Positions 1-9,800 of a DNA stretch of 64,000 bases are shown here, in pieces. The DNA comes from an uncultured archaeon (GTDB lineage Archaea > Aenigmatarchaeota > Aenigmatarchaeia > GW2011-AR5). Within the stretch, counting starts at the first letter, position 1; every line of letters begins with the position of its first letter. The notes under the pieces are model-generated. The model saw only the letters and a list, made by a program, of their open reading frames with translations. It made no database searches and had not been told where the DNA came from. The stretch lies in NCBI GenBank assembly GCA_964373695.1, contig CAYJVT010000003.1, forward strand, positions 437-64,436, read 5' to 3'. A program made the position numbers and the translations under genes.

Positions 1-3
1 TTT

Positions 4-495
4 CTATTCTCTGATGCTCTGGAAGTTCTTCAGGATTATGCCGCGCGCTGACTGGTCAGGCGAGCCCAGCGTTATGTTGCCCTTGCCAGCAAAGTGGTGG
101 GATATGTTCTGGTGGAGGTGCGCGCCAAGCACCACAATCTCCAGGTCGCCGTAGCCTATCAGACGCTGCAGGAACGACTGCTTCACGTCGATTTCAGAGA
201 TGCTGTGGTAGTTGATTTTCCTTGTTTTCTTCGAGAACAGGCCGAGCTCGACAGTCATGGCATCCTGCCTGAGCTCGATGCTGTCGGACCTGATGTTCAT
301 CTCGCTGACGACAAGCATGAAAACGGCAAGCCCCGCAAAGAATGCATATACAGCCAGTGAATATCCAAGGACGTAGCCCGCGACGCTCGCAGCCAGGAGA
401 ATGGCGGCCAGAAGATAGTTTGCGGCGAACCTGAATCTTGAACTGTGAAAACGCAGAGTCGGGCCGACAGAGGACTGATTGCGCATGATATACAT
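4..495 (-). CDS. Membrane protein with bacterial-type PH (bPH_2, YdbS/YdbT-like) domain
   Basis: Two N-terminal hydrophobic helices (LLAAILLAASVAGYVLGYSLAVYAFFAGLAVFMLVV) followed by a soluble domain resembling bPH_2 proteins. Single uninterrupted ORF. Confidence 0.45.
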   Translation of the reverse strand: MYIMRNQSSVGPTLRFHSSRFRFAANYLLAAILLAASVAGYVLGYSLAVYAFFAGLAVFMLVVSEMNIRSDSIELRQDAMTVELGLFSKKTRKINYHSISEIDVKQSFLQRLIGYGDLEIVVLGAHLHQNISHHFAGKGNITLGSPDQSARGIILKNFQSIRE

Positions 496-665
496 AACAG
501 TTGCCCGGCTATATAGTTAGCGTTGAAATGAAATATCCAGAGCAAATCCTATAATTCCGCGCCTGCGTCAGCGCAGCTTGCACTGCCTTTTGATGCACTG
601 CGTTCCGGCATATGTAGCACTCCATGATATAAATTGCTGCCGGCATTTATCGGTTCGTGAAGCCT

Positions 666-672
666 TTAAATA
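666..672 (+). promoter_or_regulatory. Candidate TATA box (TTAAATA) about 20 nt upstream of the Sec61beta start
   Basis: AT-rich TATA-like hexamer at the expected distance for a short-leader archaeal promoter. Confidence 0.3.
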
Positions 673-687
673 TGCTTTTCCTGAATT

Positions 688-849
688 ATGTTTATGAGCG
701 AGAAGGAAAAGAGGTATATGCCGCAGAGCGGCGCGGGCCTTATACAGTATTTCGACGTTGAGCAGCAGGTCAAGATAAAGCCGCAGCATGTCGCTGCAAT
801 AAGCATAGGCTTTGCCACCGTAGTTCTCATACTTAAGTTCTTCGGATGA
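688..849 (+). CDS. secG: Preprotein translocase subunit Sec61beta (SecG-like), 53 aa; absent from ORF track
   Basis: Manual translation gives MFMSEKEKRYMPQSGAGLIQYFDVEQQVKIKPQHVAAISIGFATVVLILKFFG. The SxAGLxxYFD motif plus a single C-terminal TM helix is the archaeal Sec61beta signature. Start could also be ATG 694. Confidence 0.6.
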   Translation: MFMSEKEKRYMPQSGAGLIQYFDVEQQVKIKPQHVAAISIGFATVVLILKFFG

Positions 850-935
850 TTCTTCGGAAATCATAAGTATTCTTAATGTTTTCAGGCTTTAGCCATACTC
901 TTTGCAGATAAAAACTTTTCATATATAATGAATCT

Positions 936-1802
936 ATGAAGATTCTGGTAACAGGCGGCGCAGGCTTCATAGGCAGCAACCTGGCAGACCGGCTCATAAA
1001 AGACGGCCACAGCGTTAATATACTCGACTCCATGACTGCAGGGAGGAAGGAAAACGTCAACGCCAAGGCAAAGTTCTTCAAAGGCGACATAATGGATGAA
1101 GACGACATAATGTCGGCCATCAGCGGATGCGGTGCCGTCTTCCATCTTGCGGCCCAGACTGATGCGAGGGCAGCGGACGAGGACAGCAGCTACAAGACGA
1201 ACTATCTGGGGGCCAAGAACGTCTTTGACGCCGCGAAGGAAAACAACTCGAAGATAATATTCACCTCATCCGCAGCGGTGTACGGCGACAAGCAGGGGGC
1301 GTGCAAAGAGGACAGCAAGTGTAAGCCTGTAAGCGAGTACGGGAAGAACAAATTGCGTGCGGAAAAAGCCGCTGGCGAGAGCGCCTTCATAGCCAGGATG
1401 TTCAACGTATACGGAGCAAGGGGCGGCGGAGTAGTGAACATATTTTGCGAGCGCATCCCGGAATACAAGGAAATCCACGTCTTCGGGAACGGCCTGCAGA
1501 CAAGAGACTTTGTCCATGTCAACGACGTCTTGAGCGCCCTTCTTATGGGACTGGAAAAGAGCGGCACATATAATGTCGGGACCGGTACCGAAACCACGCT
1601 TCTCAACCTGATAGACATGATATTCACGCTCACGCGAAACAAGCCTAACGTGAGGCATGAGCAGGAAAAGAAGGAGATAAAGCGCAGCAGGGCCGACATA
1701 ACGAAGATAAAGGCCCTTGGATGGCAGCCTTCAATCAGTTTGCATGACGGAATAAAGATGCTTCTCAAGAGCAAAGGCGTCAGGCTTGCAAGCGACGCCT
1801 AG
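936..1802 (+). CDS. NAD-dependent epimerase/dehydratase (UDP-sugar 4-epimerase family)
   Basis: N-terminal Rossmann motif MKILVTGGAGFIGSNLADRL and SDR-extended family architecture. Confidence 0.8.
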   Translation: MKILVTGGAGFIGSNLADRLIKDGHSVNILDSMTAGRKENVNAKAKFFKGDIMDEDDIMSAISGCGAVFHLAAQTDARAADEDSSYKTNYLGAKNVFDAAKENNSKIIFTSSAAVYGDKQGACKEDSKCKPVSEYGKNKLRAEKAAGESAFIARMFNVYGARGGGVVNIFCERIPEYKEIHVFGNGLQTRDFVHVNDVLSALLMGLEKSGTYNVGTGTETTLLNLIDMIFTLTRNKPNVRHEQEKKEIKRSRADITKIKALGWQPSISLHDGIKMLLKSKGVRLASDA

Positions 1803-2491
1803 ATCCACTTCTTCAGAACATACCTCACGTCCTGCAAATAGTCGCGCCAGCGCCTCTCGCGGCGGTGCATGAGGAAGAGAAAGTTCCTAATGCCATCCAT
1901 CATCCCGACGCCCTTGACGTATAGCGGCGAAGAAATTGGGATGTTGCACGCCTTCAGCCTGCTGCGCCCGACCTCGAATATTATCTCCACCGCGATTTCG
2001 TAGCGCTCCGACTTCAGGTAAAATTTTTTCAAGGTTTCGGCGCGGAAAGCCCGGAACCCGCTTTCGGTGTCCTTCAGGTTTGTGCCAGAGATGAAGTTCG
2101 TGGCTGTGTTGAGGAAGAAATTCCCGAACTTCTTCACGAACGGATACCTCGAAAGGCTTCTCTGGCCAAGGACAAAGTCGTAGCCTTCTTCTATCTTTTC
2201 TATGAACCTCCCAAGGTCTTCAGGCACGTGCTGGCCATCGGCGTCCATTGTTATCACGATGCCTGGTTTCATGGACAGCGCCTTTCGGAAGCCGGTGCGC
2301 AGAGCAGCCCCGAGTCCCCGGTTGACCTTGTGTGAAACAACGACTGCACCGGCTTTTTTTGCCATATAAGCTGTTTTGTCGGATGAGCAGTCATTGACGA
2401 CGATGACGGTTCCGTATTTCTTTGCTTTTGATACGATGCCTGAAACGGACTTTTCCTCGTTGTAGGCAGGTATCACTATACAGATTTTCAT
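1799..2491 (-). CDS. Family 2 glycosyltransferase (dolichyl-phosphate sugar transferase-like)
   Basis: MKICIVIPAYNEE...VIVVNDCSSDKT...ITMDADGQH motifs typical of GT2/Dpm1-like enzymes. Confidence 0.8.
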   Translation of the reverse strand: MKICIVIPAYNEEKSVSGIVSKAKKYGTVIVVNDCSSDKTAYMAKKAGAVVVSHKVNRGLGAALRTGFRKALSMKPGIVITMDADGQHVPEDLGRFIEKIEEGYDFVLGQRSLSRYPFVKKFGNFFLNTATNFISGTNLKDTESGFRAFRAETLKKFYLKSERYEIAVEIIFEVGRSRLKACNIPISSPLYVKGVGMMDGIRNFLFLMHRRERRWRDYLQDVRYVLKKWI

Positions 2492-2537
2492 GTAAAGATG
2501 ATATTGAAGAATAAGAATTTATATGTCATAGATAATA

Positions 2538-3143
2538 GTGAAGAGTGATAGTATGCCTACCGGTAAGATGATTGTTTTCGAGGGGCTTGACGGCTCGGGC
2601 ATCACCACGCAGTCTACTCTCCTGAGGAATTATTTCATGAACAAGGGCAGGGACACCATACTCACCAAGGAGCCGACCGATGGGCTGGTTGGCGGCATCA
2701 TAAAGGCATGCCTCAGGAAGGAGTGGAAAACAACGCCCCTGACGCTTCAGATGCTCTTCGCCGCCGACAGGGCTCATCATCTGTCTACGGAGATAGAGCC
2801 TGCGCTGAAGAAGGGAAAGATAGTGATATGCGACAGGTACATCCTCTCGTCCATAGTTTACGGCAGCCTCTCTACCCCTACAGCCACCCTGAAACAGATG
2901 AACGCGGACTTCAAGAAGCCCAATGCAATGATATTCGTCGACACACAGCCCAGGATATGCATAGAGCGCATAAAGAAGGCGCGGCACCACATAGAGCTTT
3001 TCGAGGAGGAGCAGCGCCTGGAGCAGATACGAAGGAACTACCTGGCTCTGAAGAGTTATTTCCCGGAGACATATATCATAGACGGCAACAGGCAGCCTGA
3101 AGAGGTGCTGAACGACATAATAAAGGCCGTCGGAAAGATATGA
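2538..3143 (+). CDS. tmk: Thymidylate kinase
   Basis: P-loop IVFEGLDGSGITTQ, DRY motif (ICDRYILSSIVY) and lid region. The start may be the internal Met at 2553. Confidence 0.85.
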   Translation: MKSDSMPTGKMIVFEGLDGSGITTQSTLLRNYFMNKGRDTILTKEPTDGLVGGIIKACLRKEWKTTPLTLQMLFAADRAHHLSTEIEPALKKGKIVICDRYILSSIVYGSLSTPTATLKQMNADFKKPNAMIFVDTQPRICIERIKKARHHIELFEEEQRLEQIRRNYLALKSYFPETYIIDGNRQPEEVLNDIIKAVGKI

Positions 3144-3181
3144 ACTGGCAGGTTAAATAATTATACCAACATCTTCTCTGA

Positions 3182-3463
3182 ATGGAGCTTGTCCAGGCAA
3201 AATACGAACGCCACATATTCGTCTGCGTGAACGAAAGGTCCGAAGGGGACTGCTGCGCAGGCCGGGATTCAGAAATGATACTTAATATGCTCCGCGACCA
3301 CGTCAACAGGAACGGCCTCTTCCACAAGTACAACATAACCAAGTCGAAATGCCTCGGCCACTGTGCATACGGCCCCACGATAGCCGTCTACCCCGACGGC
3401 CTCATATTCAGGCGCGTCACGCTTGACGACACGAAGAAGATAATAGACGAATTCCTGAAGTAA
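3182..3463 (+). CDS. Thioredoxin-like [2Fe-2S] ferredoxin
   Basis: Four Cys in a C-x(n)-CC...C-x3-C arrangement (FVCVNERSEGDCCAGRD...CLGHCAYGP) typical of NuoE-like Trx-fold ferredoxins. Confidence 0.55.
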   Translation: MELVQAKYERHIFVCVNERSEGDCCAGRDSEMILNMLRDHVNRNGLFHKYNITKSKCLGHCAYGPTIAVYPDGLIFRRVTLDDTKKIIDEFLK

Positions 3464-3496
3464 AAGATGATACAGCGCCCAAAATGGCGCTGAGGC

Positions 3497-4060
3497 TTAC
3501 AACTTCTTCAGGCCTTTCCACCAGTCGTTTGATTTGGAGGCAAGAAGAGACTTGAGGAGGCTCTTTGCGGACTCCGTCTCGAGGGCCTTCGACACGTTAT
3601 TTATCCACTCTTGTGTAAAAGTGTAGTTTCTTTCCATGTACTCCTTCGCCATAAACGCCTGCTCCAGGAGGTCCGCGTCCTTCGCAATGACGCCGGCTTC
3701 GGTATCCTTGGATTCCATCTGCTTCCACAGGCCGTGTATTTTCTTCCCCACATCACCGAGATTTTTTGTCTGGTCCTTGACGGCCTCCTCTTTCCTCGCC
3801 TCGACATACCTTTTGGCTACTCTGTGGATATCGCCTACCCTGCATTCCTCCATGTCATGGAACACGAGTATGGAACATACTTCCAGCGGATTCCTGTAGT
3901 TCTCCATATTTGCAAGGAAGAACCCTATCTGGGCCGCACGAAGGGCATGGTCGGCCACGCTTTCCGGATTTTCCACGCCGGCCTGCCTCCAACCCTCGTG
4001 CTTTATCATCTTCAGCTGGCCCATCTCGAATATGAAATCGACGACGTCCTTGTTTTTCAT
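3497..4060 (-). CDS. HD-domain phosphohydrolase
   Basis: H...HD motif (VADHALRAAQIGFFLA ... VFHDMEECRVGDI) as in YfbR-like 5-prime-deoxynucleotidases. Confidence 0.7.
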   Translation of the reverse strand: MKNKDVVDFIFEMGQLKMIKHEGWRQAGVENPESVADHALRAAQIGFFLANMENYRNPLEVCSILVFHDMEECRVGDIHRVAKRYVEARKEEAVKDQTKNLGDVGKKIHGLWKQMESKDTEAGVIAKDADLLEQAFMAKEYMERNYTFTQEWINNVSKALETESAKSLLKSLLASKSNDWWKGLKKL

Positions 4061-4084
4061 TCATAGATGTTTCATTTAAAATAT

Positions 4085-5695
4085 TTAAACCGAACCGCGG
4101 CCATAAGGTATCTTCTGGGCAATAGCATCAAGCGGCATGCCTTCTATCTCCGCGGACTTCTCCGGAAAGACGGCCTTCATCTTCTCCTTTATACTCTTGG
4201 CCAGGTCCCTCGATTTGATGTCGCCTGCATAGATGGGGACGCACTTGAGGCCCAGATTGCGGAAAGACCTGAAAGGCATTATTTCGAAAGCGCCTTTCAC
4301 GTATCCAGCCCCGAGCATGAGCTCCATGCGGCGAACGTAATTCTTCTCCCCTTCTATCCCGAAAGTCCCGGTGCCGACCATGTTCTTCAGCTGGCCAGGC
4401 CTGACCCAGTAAACGTCTATGGTGCCCAGCGACATCGCCCAGGCCTTCGAATAGCATGCCGCAAACTGCATCGCCTCGTCAAGCGCGTTCTTCGTCGCGC
4501 TTTTCTTCCCGCATTTGACGACTGCGAAAGCAGCCCCGTGTATCTCGGCGTGTATGACTATATCGCTGTCATCCAGCCGCTTCTTTATTATTTCATTGTT
4601 GGTTTTCGCGTCCCTGCCCGCTATGACAAGGAATCCGTCGCCGGTGAAGAACCACCTGAACTTGTGGTACCACTCCTTCCGGATATCTTTCTTCACGACC
4701 TTCTCCCTGCTCATTTCGACCGCGGCGCGCCCTATCTTCTTCCCCATCTTCTTGGCCTCCTCGAAGTACTTCTCGGCGTTTTTCTGCAGGCTAAGGGACC
4801 TTTCAAGCTTTATTCTCATACCGTCGAGCTCTATCTCCGAGCCCTTCATTTTCTTGAACAGCTCTGAGATTTCGGAGAACTTCTCATATATCTTCTCGGC
4901 CTTCGCCCTGGCCTCACGCTCGCGCTCTTCCATCCTTTTCACGGCCGACTTCTGCTTGTCGAGGATGGTGGGATGGCTTTCATCGGAAACATCCCTTATC
5001 GAGGCTTCAAGGGCCCTGCCGAACATGTCGGATTCCGTCTCCTTCAGCGCCGAAAGAATACCTACAAAAAGGCTTCTTTTGTCGGCTTCTGAGAGGCTCT
5101 CTGATGCTCTCGTCTTCTCTATGCCGCACGATTCCAGGATGTTTTCGGCGTGGAATCCCAGGCCATTCTTGACAAGAAACGACACTATCTTCTCGCCGGT
5201 TTTCATTCCTTTTCCGAGGTCTTCGTAAGACGTTATGTCCACGCTTTCAGGAAATTTGTAGACGCTTCCGGGCATCAGGCTCCTGTCCTTCCATTCCCTC
5301 TGGGACAGCGCAGTTATTATCCTCATCTCGGGGCCGCACAGGACGACATTCCCCTTATGGAACATCTCTATAACCAGCGTCCTGGAAGAAAATCCTATTA
5401 CTATTATGCGGTCGAACCTATGCTGCGACAAGGAGGATATCTTCCTCCCCTTCAGGTGTTTCCTGAGAATTTGGGAAAATCCGGTCGCCTGGCCGCTGAA
5501 GCCTTCGGACGCAAAAGCGACGTCCGGCCGTATCTCAATGCCGTTCCTTGACGATACCTTGAGAAAGAGCCTGCGGCCGCCGTGAAAAACATTGTCTATC
5601 CTGCACCCCACGAATTTCTGCAGCTCACTCGCCAGCCGCATTATCTCCAGGCTTGTTATCCTCAATGGATTCCTCGAACCCTTTCTTGATCTCAT
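4085..5695 (-). CDS. NFACT/FbpA-family protein (archaeal Rqc2/NEMF homolog) with DUF814
   Basis: NFACT N-terminus (LEIMRLASELQKFVGCRIDNVFH), coiled-coil middle and DUF814 block (WFFTGDGFLVIAGRDAKTNNEII...DIVIHAEIHGAAFAVV). The annotated ATG overlaps the scpB 3-prime end by about 70 nt, so the true start may be an internal TTG or ATG. Confidence 0.7.
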   Translation of the reverse strand: MRSRKGSRNPLRITSLEIMRLASELQKFVGCRIDNVFHGGRRLFLKVSSRNGIEIRPDVAFASEGFSGQATGFSQILRKHLKGRKISSLSQHRFDRIIVIGFSSRTLVIEMFHKGNVVLCGPEMRIITALSQREWKDRSLMPGSVYKFPESVDITSYEDLGKGMKTGEKIVSFLVKNGLGFHAENILESCGIEKTRASESLSEADKRSLFVGILSALKETESDMFGRALEASIRDVSDESHPTILDKQKSAVKRMEEREREARAKAEKIYEKFSEISELFKKMKGSEIELDGMRIKLERSLSLQKNAEKYFEEAKKMGKKIGRAAVEMSREKVVKKDIRKEWYHKFRWFFTGDGFLVIAGRDAKTNNEIIKKRLDDSDIVIHAEIHGAAFAVVKCGKKSATKNALDEAMQFAACYSKAWAMSLGTIDVYWVRPGQLKNMVGTGTFGIEGEKNYVRRMELMLGAGYVKGAFEIMPFRSFRNLGLKCVPIYAGDIKSRDLAKSIKEKMKAVFPEKSAEIEGMPLDAIAQKIPYGRGSV

Positions 5696-6152
5696 GCTTC
5701 TTCGCCCCGAAATACTCCTCGAAATGCGTCGTCGTCACCAGGACTTTCGTCCTTGACTTCTTCTCGGTTTTTATGAGGCCGCGCTGCTCGAGCTCCTTCA
5801 CATAGTCGTATGTCCGGTTTCCAACGACTTTCACTATGTCGGCCTGGTTTATCGGCTCGTGATAAGCTATTATTGACAGCACCCTTAAAAGGCCTCTCGA
5901 AAGATCCGAGTGCGGCGTGAGGTTCGAGACGTTCTCGACGAACTGGTCCTTCACGACAAGCTTGTACCCGCCGATGCTCGACAGCGTTATGCCGGATTCG
6001 GGGCTTGCATACTTTTCCTCCAGCTTTTTCAGCATCTTCTCTATGGAATCCTTCCTGAGCTTCATTATCTTTTGTATAGATTCCAGGGAAATCGGCTCCG
6101 ATGTCGTAAACAGGATGGACTCCAGCATACCAAGGGATTTTTCCTGCGTCAT
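5625..6152 (-). CDS. scpB: Segregation and condensation protein B
   Basis: Winged-helix ScpB pattern (LESILFTTSEPISLESIQKIM...). The start ATG at 6152 overlaps the scpA stop (ATGA). Confidence 0.75.
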   Translation of the reverse strand: MTQEKSLGMLESILFTTSEPISLESIQKIMKLRKDSIEKMLKKLEEKYASPESGITLSSIGGYKLVVKDQFVENVSNLTPHSDLSRGLLRVLSIIAYHEPINQADIVKVVGNRTYDYVKELEQRGLIKTEKKSRTKVLVTTTHFEEYFGAKKHEIKKGFEESIEDNKPGDNAAGE

Positions 6153-6811
6153 TGGACTTCCTCCATGAACCTTATGTTTATGTCGGCGAACATGCTCTCC
6201 TGCTCGCACGATATCCTGCCGCGCTGGCACAGGTACAGCAGCGGGAGGAATGTCGTCACTATCTCCCTCCTCTTCCAGGAAGGCACCAGCTGGGAGAAGA
6301 GGACGCTTTTCCGAGCCTTTATGTCCGACAGTATCTTGCCTATCCTTTCCTCAATGTCCTCCTCCTCGACTATGAGGTTCTCCACAGCCCGCCTCATCCT
6401 GAACTGCTTCGTCTCCTTCTTCTCCCTGAAGTCGAACGCCCGGTTGAGCGCAGTTACAAGCTCAGTGAGCGTGACCTTCCTTGTCGGCTTCCTGGTGACC
6501 GGAGAAGGCAGTATGGGTACGTCTATGTTCAGAGGCTCCACGTCCTTCTTCTGCATCCCCTTTTTCTCTTCCTCCTCAAATATGAGCTCGCACTTCATCC
6601 TCAGGAGGATGGCGGATATCAGCACGAACCTTGCCGGGACCTTGAAGTCGAACGACCTGAGGCGCTCCATGTGATGCATGAACGAGTCGGCAAGCCTTAT
6701 TATGTCTATGTCAAGAGGATTCATTCCCTCCTCCATCACTATGTTGGATATGATTTCCTGCCAGTCCGAGCCCAGGACTATCATCTGTATCATGGATTCT
6801 TCTTCCATCAT
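6149..6811 (-). CDS. scpA: Segregation and condensation protein A (kleisin)
   Basis: ScpA-like N-terminal block (LDIDIIRLADSFMHHMERL...FVLISAILLRMKCELI). Lies directly between smc and scpB. Confidence 0.75.
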   Translation of the reverse strand: MMEEESMIQMIVLGSDWQEIISNIVMEEGMNPLDIDIIRLADSFMHHMERLRSFDFKVPARFVLISAILLRMKCELIFEEEEKKGMQKKDVEPLNIDVPILPSPVTRKPTRKVTLTELVTALNRAFDFREKKETKQFRMRRAVENLIVEEEDIEERIGKILSDIKARKSVLFSQLVPSWKRREIVTTFLPLLYLCQRGRISCEQESMFADINIRFMEEVQ

Positions 6812-6812
6812 G

Positions 6813-9800
6813 CTAACCCGCCCTCGTCATGTCTATGCCGAACACCTTTGATACGCCGCCCTCTATGGAGACGCCGAACACCTTGTCGGCTTCCTGTATC
6901 GTGATGTCGTTGTGACTTATGACTATGAACTGCACCTGAGCAGAGTATTTCTTTATGAGTCCGGCAATTTTCTTCGTGTTTGCCTTGTCCAGGGCGGCGT
7001 CTATCTCGTCCAGGACATAGAAGGGCGCGGAACTGTACTGCATTATAGCGAAAAGGAACGCAAGGGATGTGAGAGTCTTCTCGCCGCCGCTCATCGCATC
7101 CAGATTCACGACCCTTTTCCCCATTGGCGACGCCTCTATGACAAGGCCTGTGTCTATGTTGTTCTCCTCCTCCAGCCTGAGTATGCCGATGCCGCCTGTC
7201 AGGTCCTCGTATATCTTGGCGAAGTTCTCCCTTATCTTCACCATGACCTCCATGAACTTGTCGTACCGCCTCTTCTCGACCTCGTGAACTATCCTTAGTA
7301 TGGCGTCCTTCTCCTCAAGGAGCTTCTCCAGCTTTCTCTTCATCTCGTCGAACTCGACGCCTATCGTACCGTATTCTTCTATGGCCCTCATGTTTATCGG
7401 CCCCAGACGGTTTATCTCTATGACGCAGAAGCGGAGCTTTTCCTGGAGCTCGTCCACTGACTTGTCGTAAAATTCCTGGACGTCCCTGTACTCACCGAAC
7501 TCGATGCGAAAGTTGTCAAGCGAGGCTTCAAGCCTGGCCTTCTCTATCCTGAGCTTGCTCACCCTGCTCTGCTGCACTAGGCGCTGCTCATACAATTCCT
7601 TCCTTTTCTTCCTCATGCCGTCTATTTCCTTCTCCTCAGCGCTTTTTTCCTCCTGGAGCTTTGTCACCTCTTTCGTCTCCTCCTGTTCCTGTCCCTTCAG
7701 CTCTTCGAGCTTTGATTCAAGCCCGGAGACTTCGGCTTCCAGGGCGCCCTTTTCTTCTTCAGCCTTCGCGACATGGCCCGAGTACTGGTCGCCGGCCTTC
7801 TTCCTGTAGAACCCGCCTATTATGGCGCCGGACGCCTCTATAAGGTCGCCATCCAAGGTCGCCGCCCTGAGCCTGCCAAGCCGGCGCGCCTTGTCAAGGC
7901 TGTCCGTTATGACGGTGCTTCCAAGGACGTAATCCACAGCCGGAAGACAATCCTTGTTGAATTTCACCAGGTCCGACGCCCATCCGATATAGTCGCCCCT
8001 TACGTCCTTCCTCTTTCCACCCCTTATCTTGTTGAGCGGAAGGAAGCGCGCCCTGCCTATCCTCTTCTCCTTGAGCATCCTGACGCATTCCGAGGCTACA
8101 TCGTCGTCATCGACCACTATGTCGTCGGCATGCCTTCCCACGGCGACCTGTATCGCTATCTCGTACCTTTTGGGCACCGACAGAAGGGACATCAGCGTGC
8201 CCCTGATACCCGGATGCCCGAGCTTCAGAACTTCCTTGACAGCCGGGTTCTGCCTGCCTGCGGAAAGCTCCCTGAGCCTCTCCAACTCCCTGTCTATGAG
8301 GTCTATGCGGTCGTTTTTCCTTATTATCTCGGTCTGCATCCCGTCGATTTTCCTCTGTATGTCGTAGTTTCTGGACTTCTTTATCAGCTCGTCGCTCTTC
8401 CTGAACACGTTCTTCTCCTTCTTCTCGAGCTCCTTCTCCACAGACTCGAATTCTGATTCCAGCACGCCGAAGCTTTCCTCGCCGCTTTTTATTTCCGTAT
8501 CAATGAGCGAGTATTTCTCCTCTGCATCGGACAGTTTTTTTCTGACGAGAGATGCCTTTGATTTCTTCAGCTCGTCACTAAGCATGATATACTTCTCCGC
8601 CACTTCCTTCTCCTGTTTCAGCCTCTCAACCAGGCGCTGCTTCTCGGCGACGACTATCATGTTCTCCTTCACCCTCGATTCAACCTTCTCCAGCTCTATG
8701 GAGGCTTTCTGCTTCTTCTCGTCGAATTCGCTTATGCCCGATATCTCGTCAAGGATGGAGCGCCTTTCCTGGGCGGACATCTCTATTATCTTGGTGACAT
8801 CACCCTGCATGATTATGTTGTAGCCCTCGGTGAAGAGGTTGGCGTATGAGAGTATATCGAGGACTTTCGCCCTGGTCGTGTTGCGGCCGTTTATCTTGTA
8901 CACCGAGATGCCGCTCCTCGTTATCTTCCTCGAGACTTTCATCTCCTTCTCGCCTGGTATCTTGTCGTCGGAATTGTCCAGATACAGGGAGACTTCGCAG
9001 AAGTCCGCCGGTTTCCTGTCCCTGGCCCCGTTGAAGAGAAGGTTCTGCAGTTTCTCTGCGCGGATGCTGCGCGCCGATGTCGTGCCCAGGACGAATGTGA
9101 TGGCATCTATGACATTGCTGTTGTGGACGAAGAAACCGTTTGCAATATAATTATGTGTCTCATCTACAGTCAGATCATAAACCCACTCAGAAGGCTTGGT
9201 TTCTTTTATTTCTATTATCTCATCCCATAAGATGTCAGAATCTGCTATCAAAAGCAGCTGATTCATGAGTGCAGAAGCTCTGGGTGTTATAGACCCGTAT
9301 TTTTTGATTACTTCAACTATTTCCCTAATTCCGTTTCTGCTGCAGGCGCATCTATCTTCATAATATGCCGCAAGCTTTGGGCATTCAGACCTTGTTTTTT
9401 TGATGCTTATTTTACATTCTCTTACAAGCGATTTTATAATTGCGTTTATGTCCGGAATCGTATCAATGTTAGAATTTCTGACAAATTCAAGCCTTTTTAT
9501 TTTGTCTGCAGTTTCTTTTTTCCTGCCTTTTAGCTCTATATTTTCGATAAGGATTTTTAGAGATTCCCCATATACGTAGATAGAATGGTATTTTCTCTTT
9601 ATTTTTCGCTTTGTATTTGATGCATATTTTATTTTTTCCTTTATGACTGACAATATTCCAAGCCGAAGAAGCAGTTGCTGAATTCCTTCTGCAAGTTCTT
9701 TGCTTGCGGTAGAATATTCAAAATATGTCTGCCCTGATCCGAGGTTAAAGTAGCCGTCGCCTTCAAACAATGCCGAAAGGAAATTCTTTATAATATCACC

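Noticed and set aside
568-864. 98-aa minus-strand ORF in the ORF track
   Set aside because: It overlaps a much better plus-strand Sec61beta gene (688..849) with a diagnostic motif, and has no features of its own.
4515-5228. 237-aa Ser/Phe/Leu-rich plus-strand ORF
   Set aside because: It is antisense to the Lys/Glu-rich coiled-coil region of the NFACT gene. It is low-complexity with no start context.
7504-9150. Several plus-strand ORFs (7504..7809, 8029..8367, 8503..8823, 8830..9150)
   Set aside because: All are antisense to smc. They are an S/F/L-rich mirror of the K/E coiled coil.
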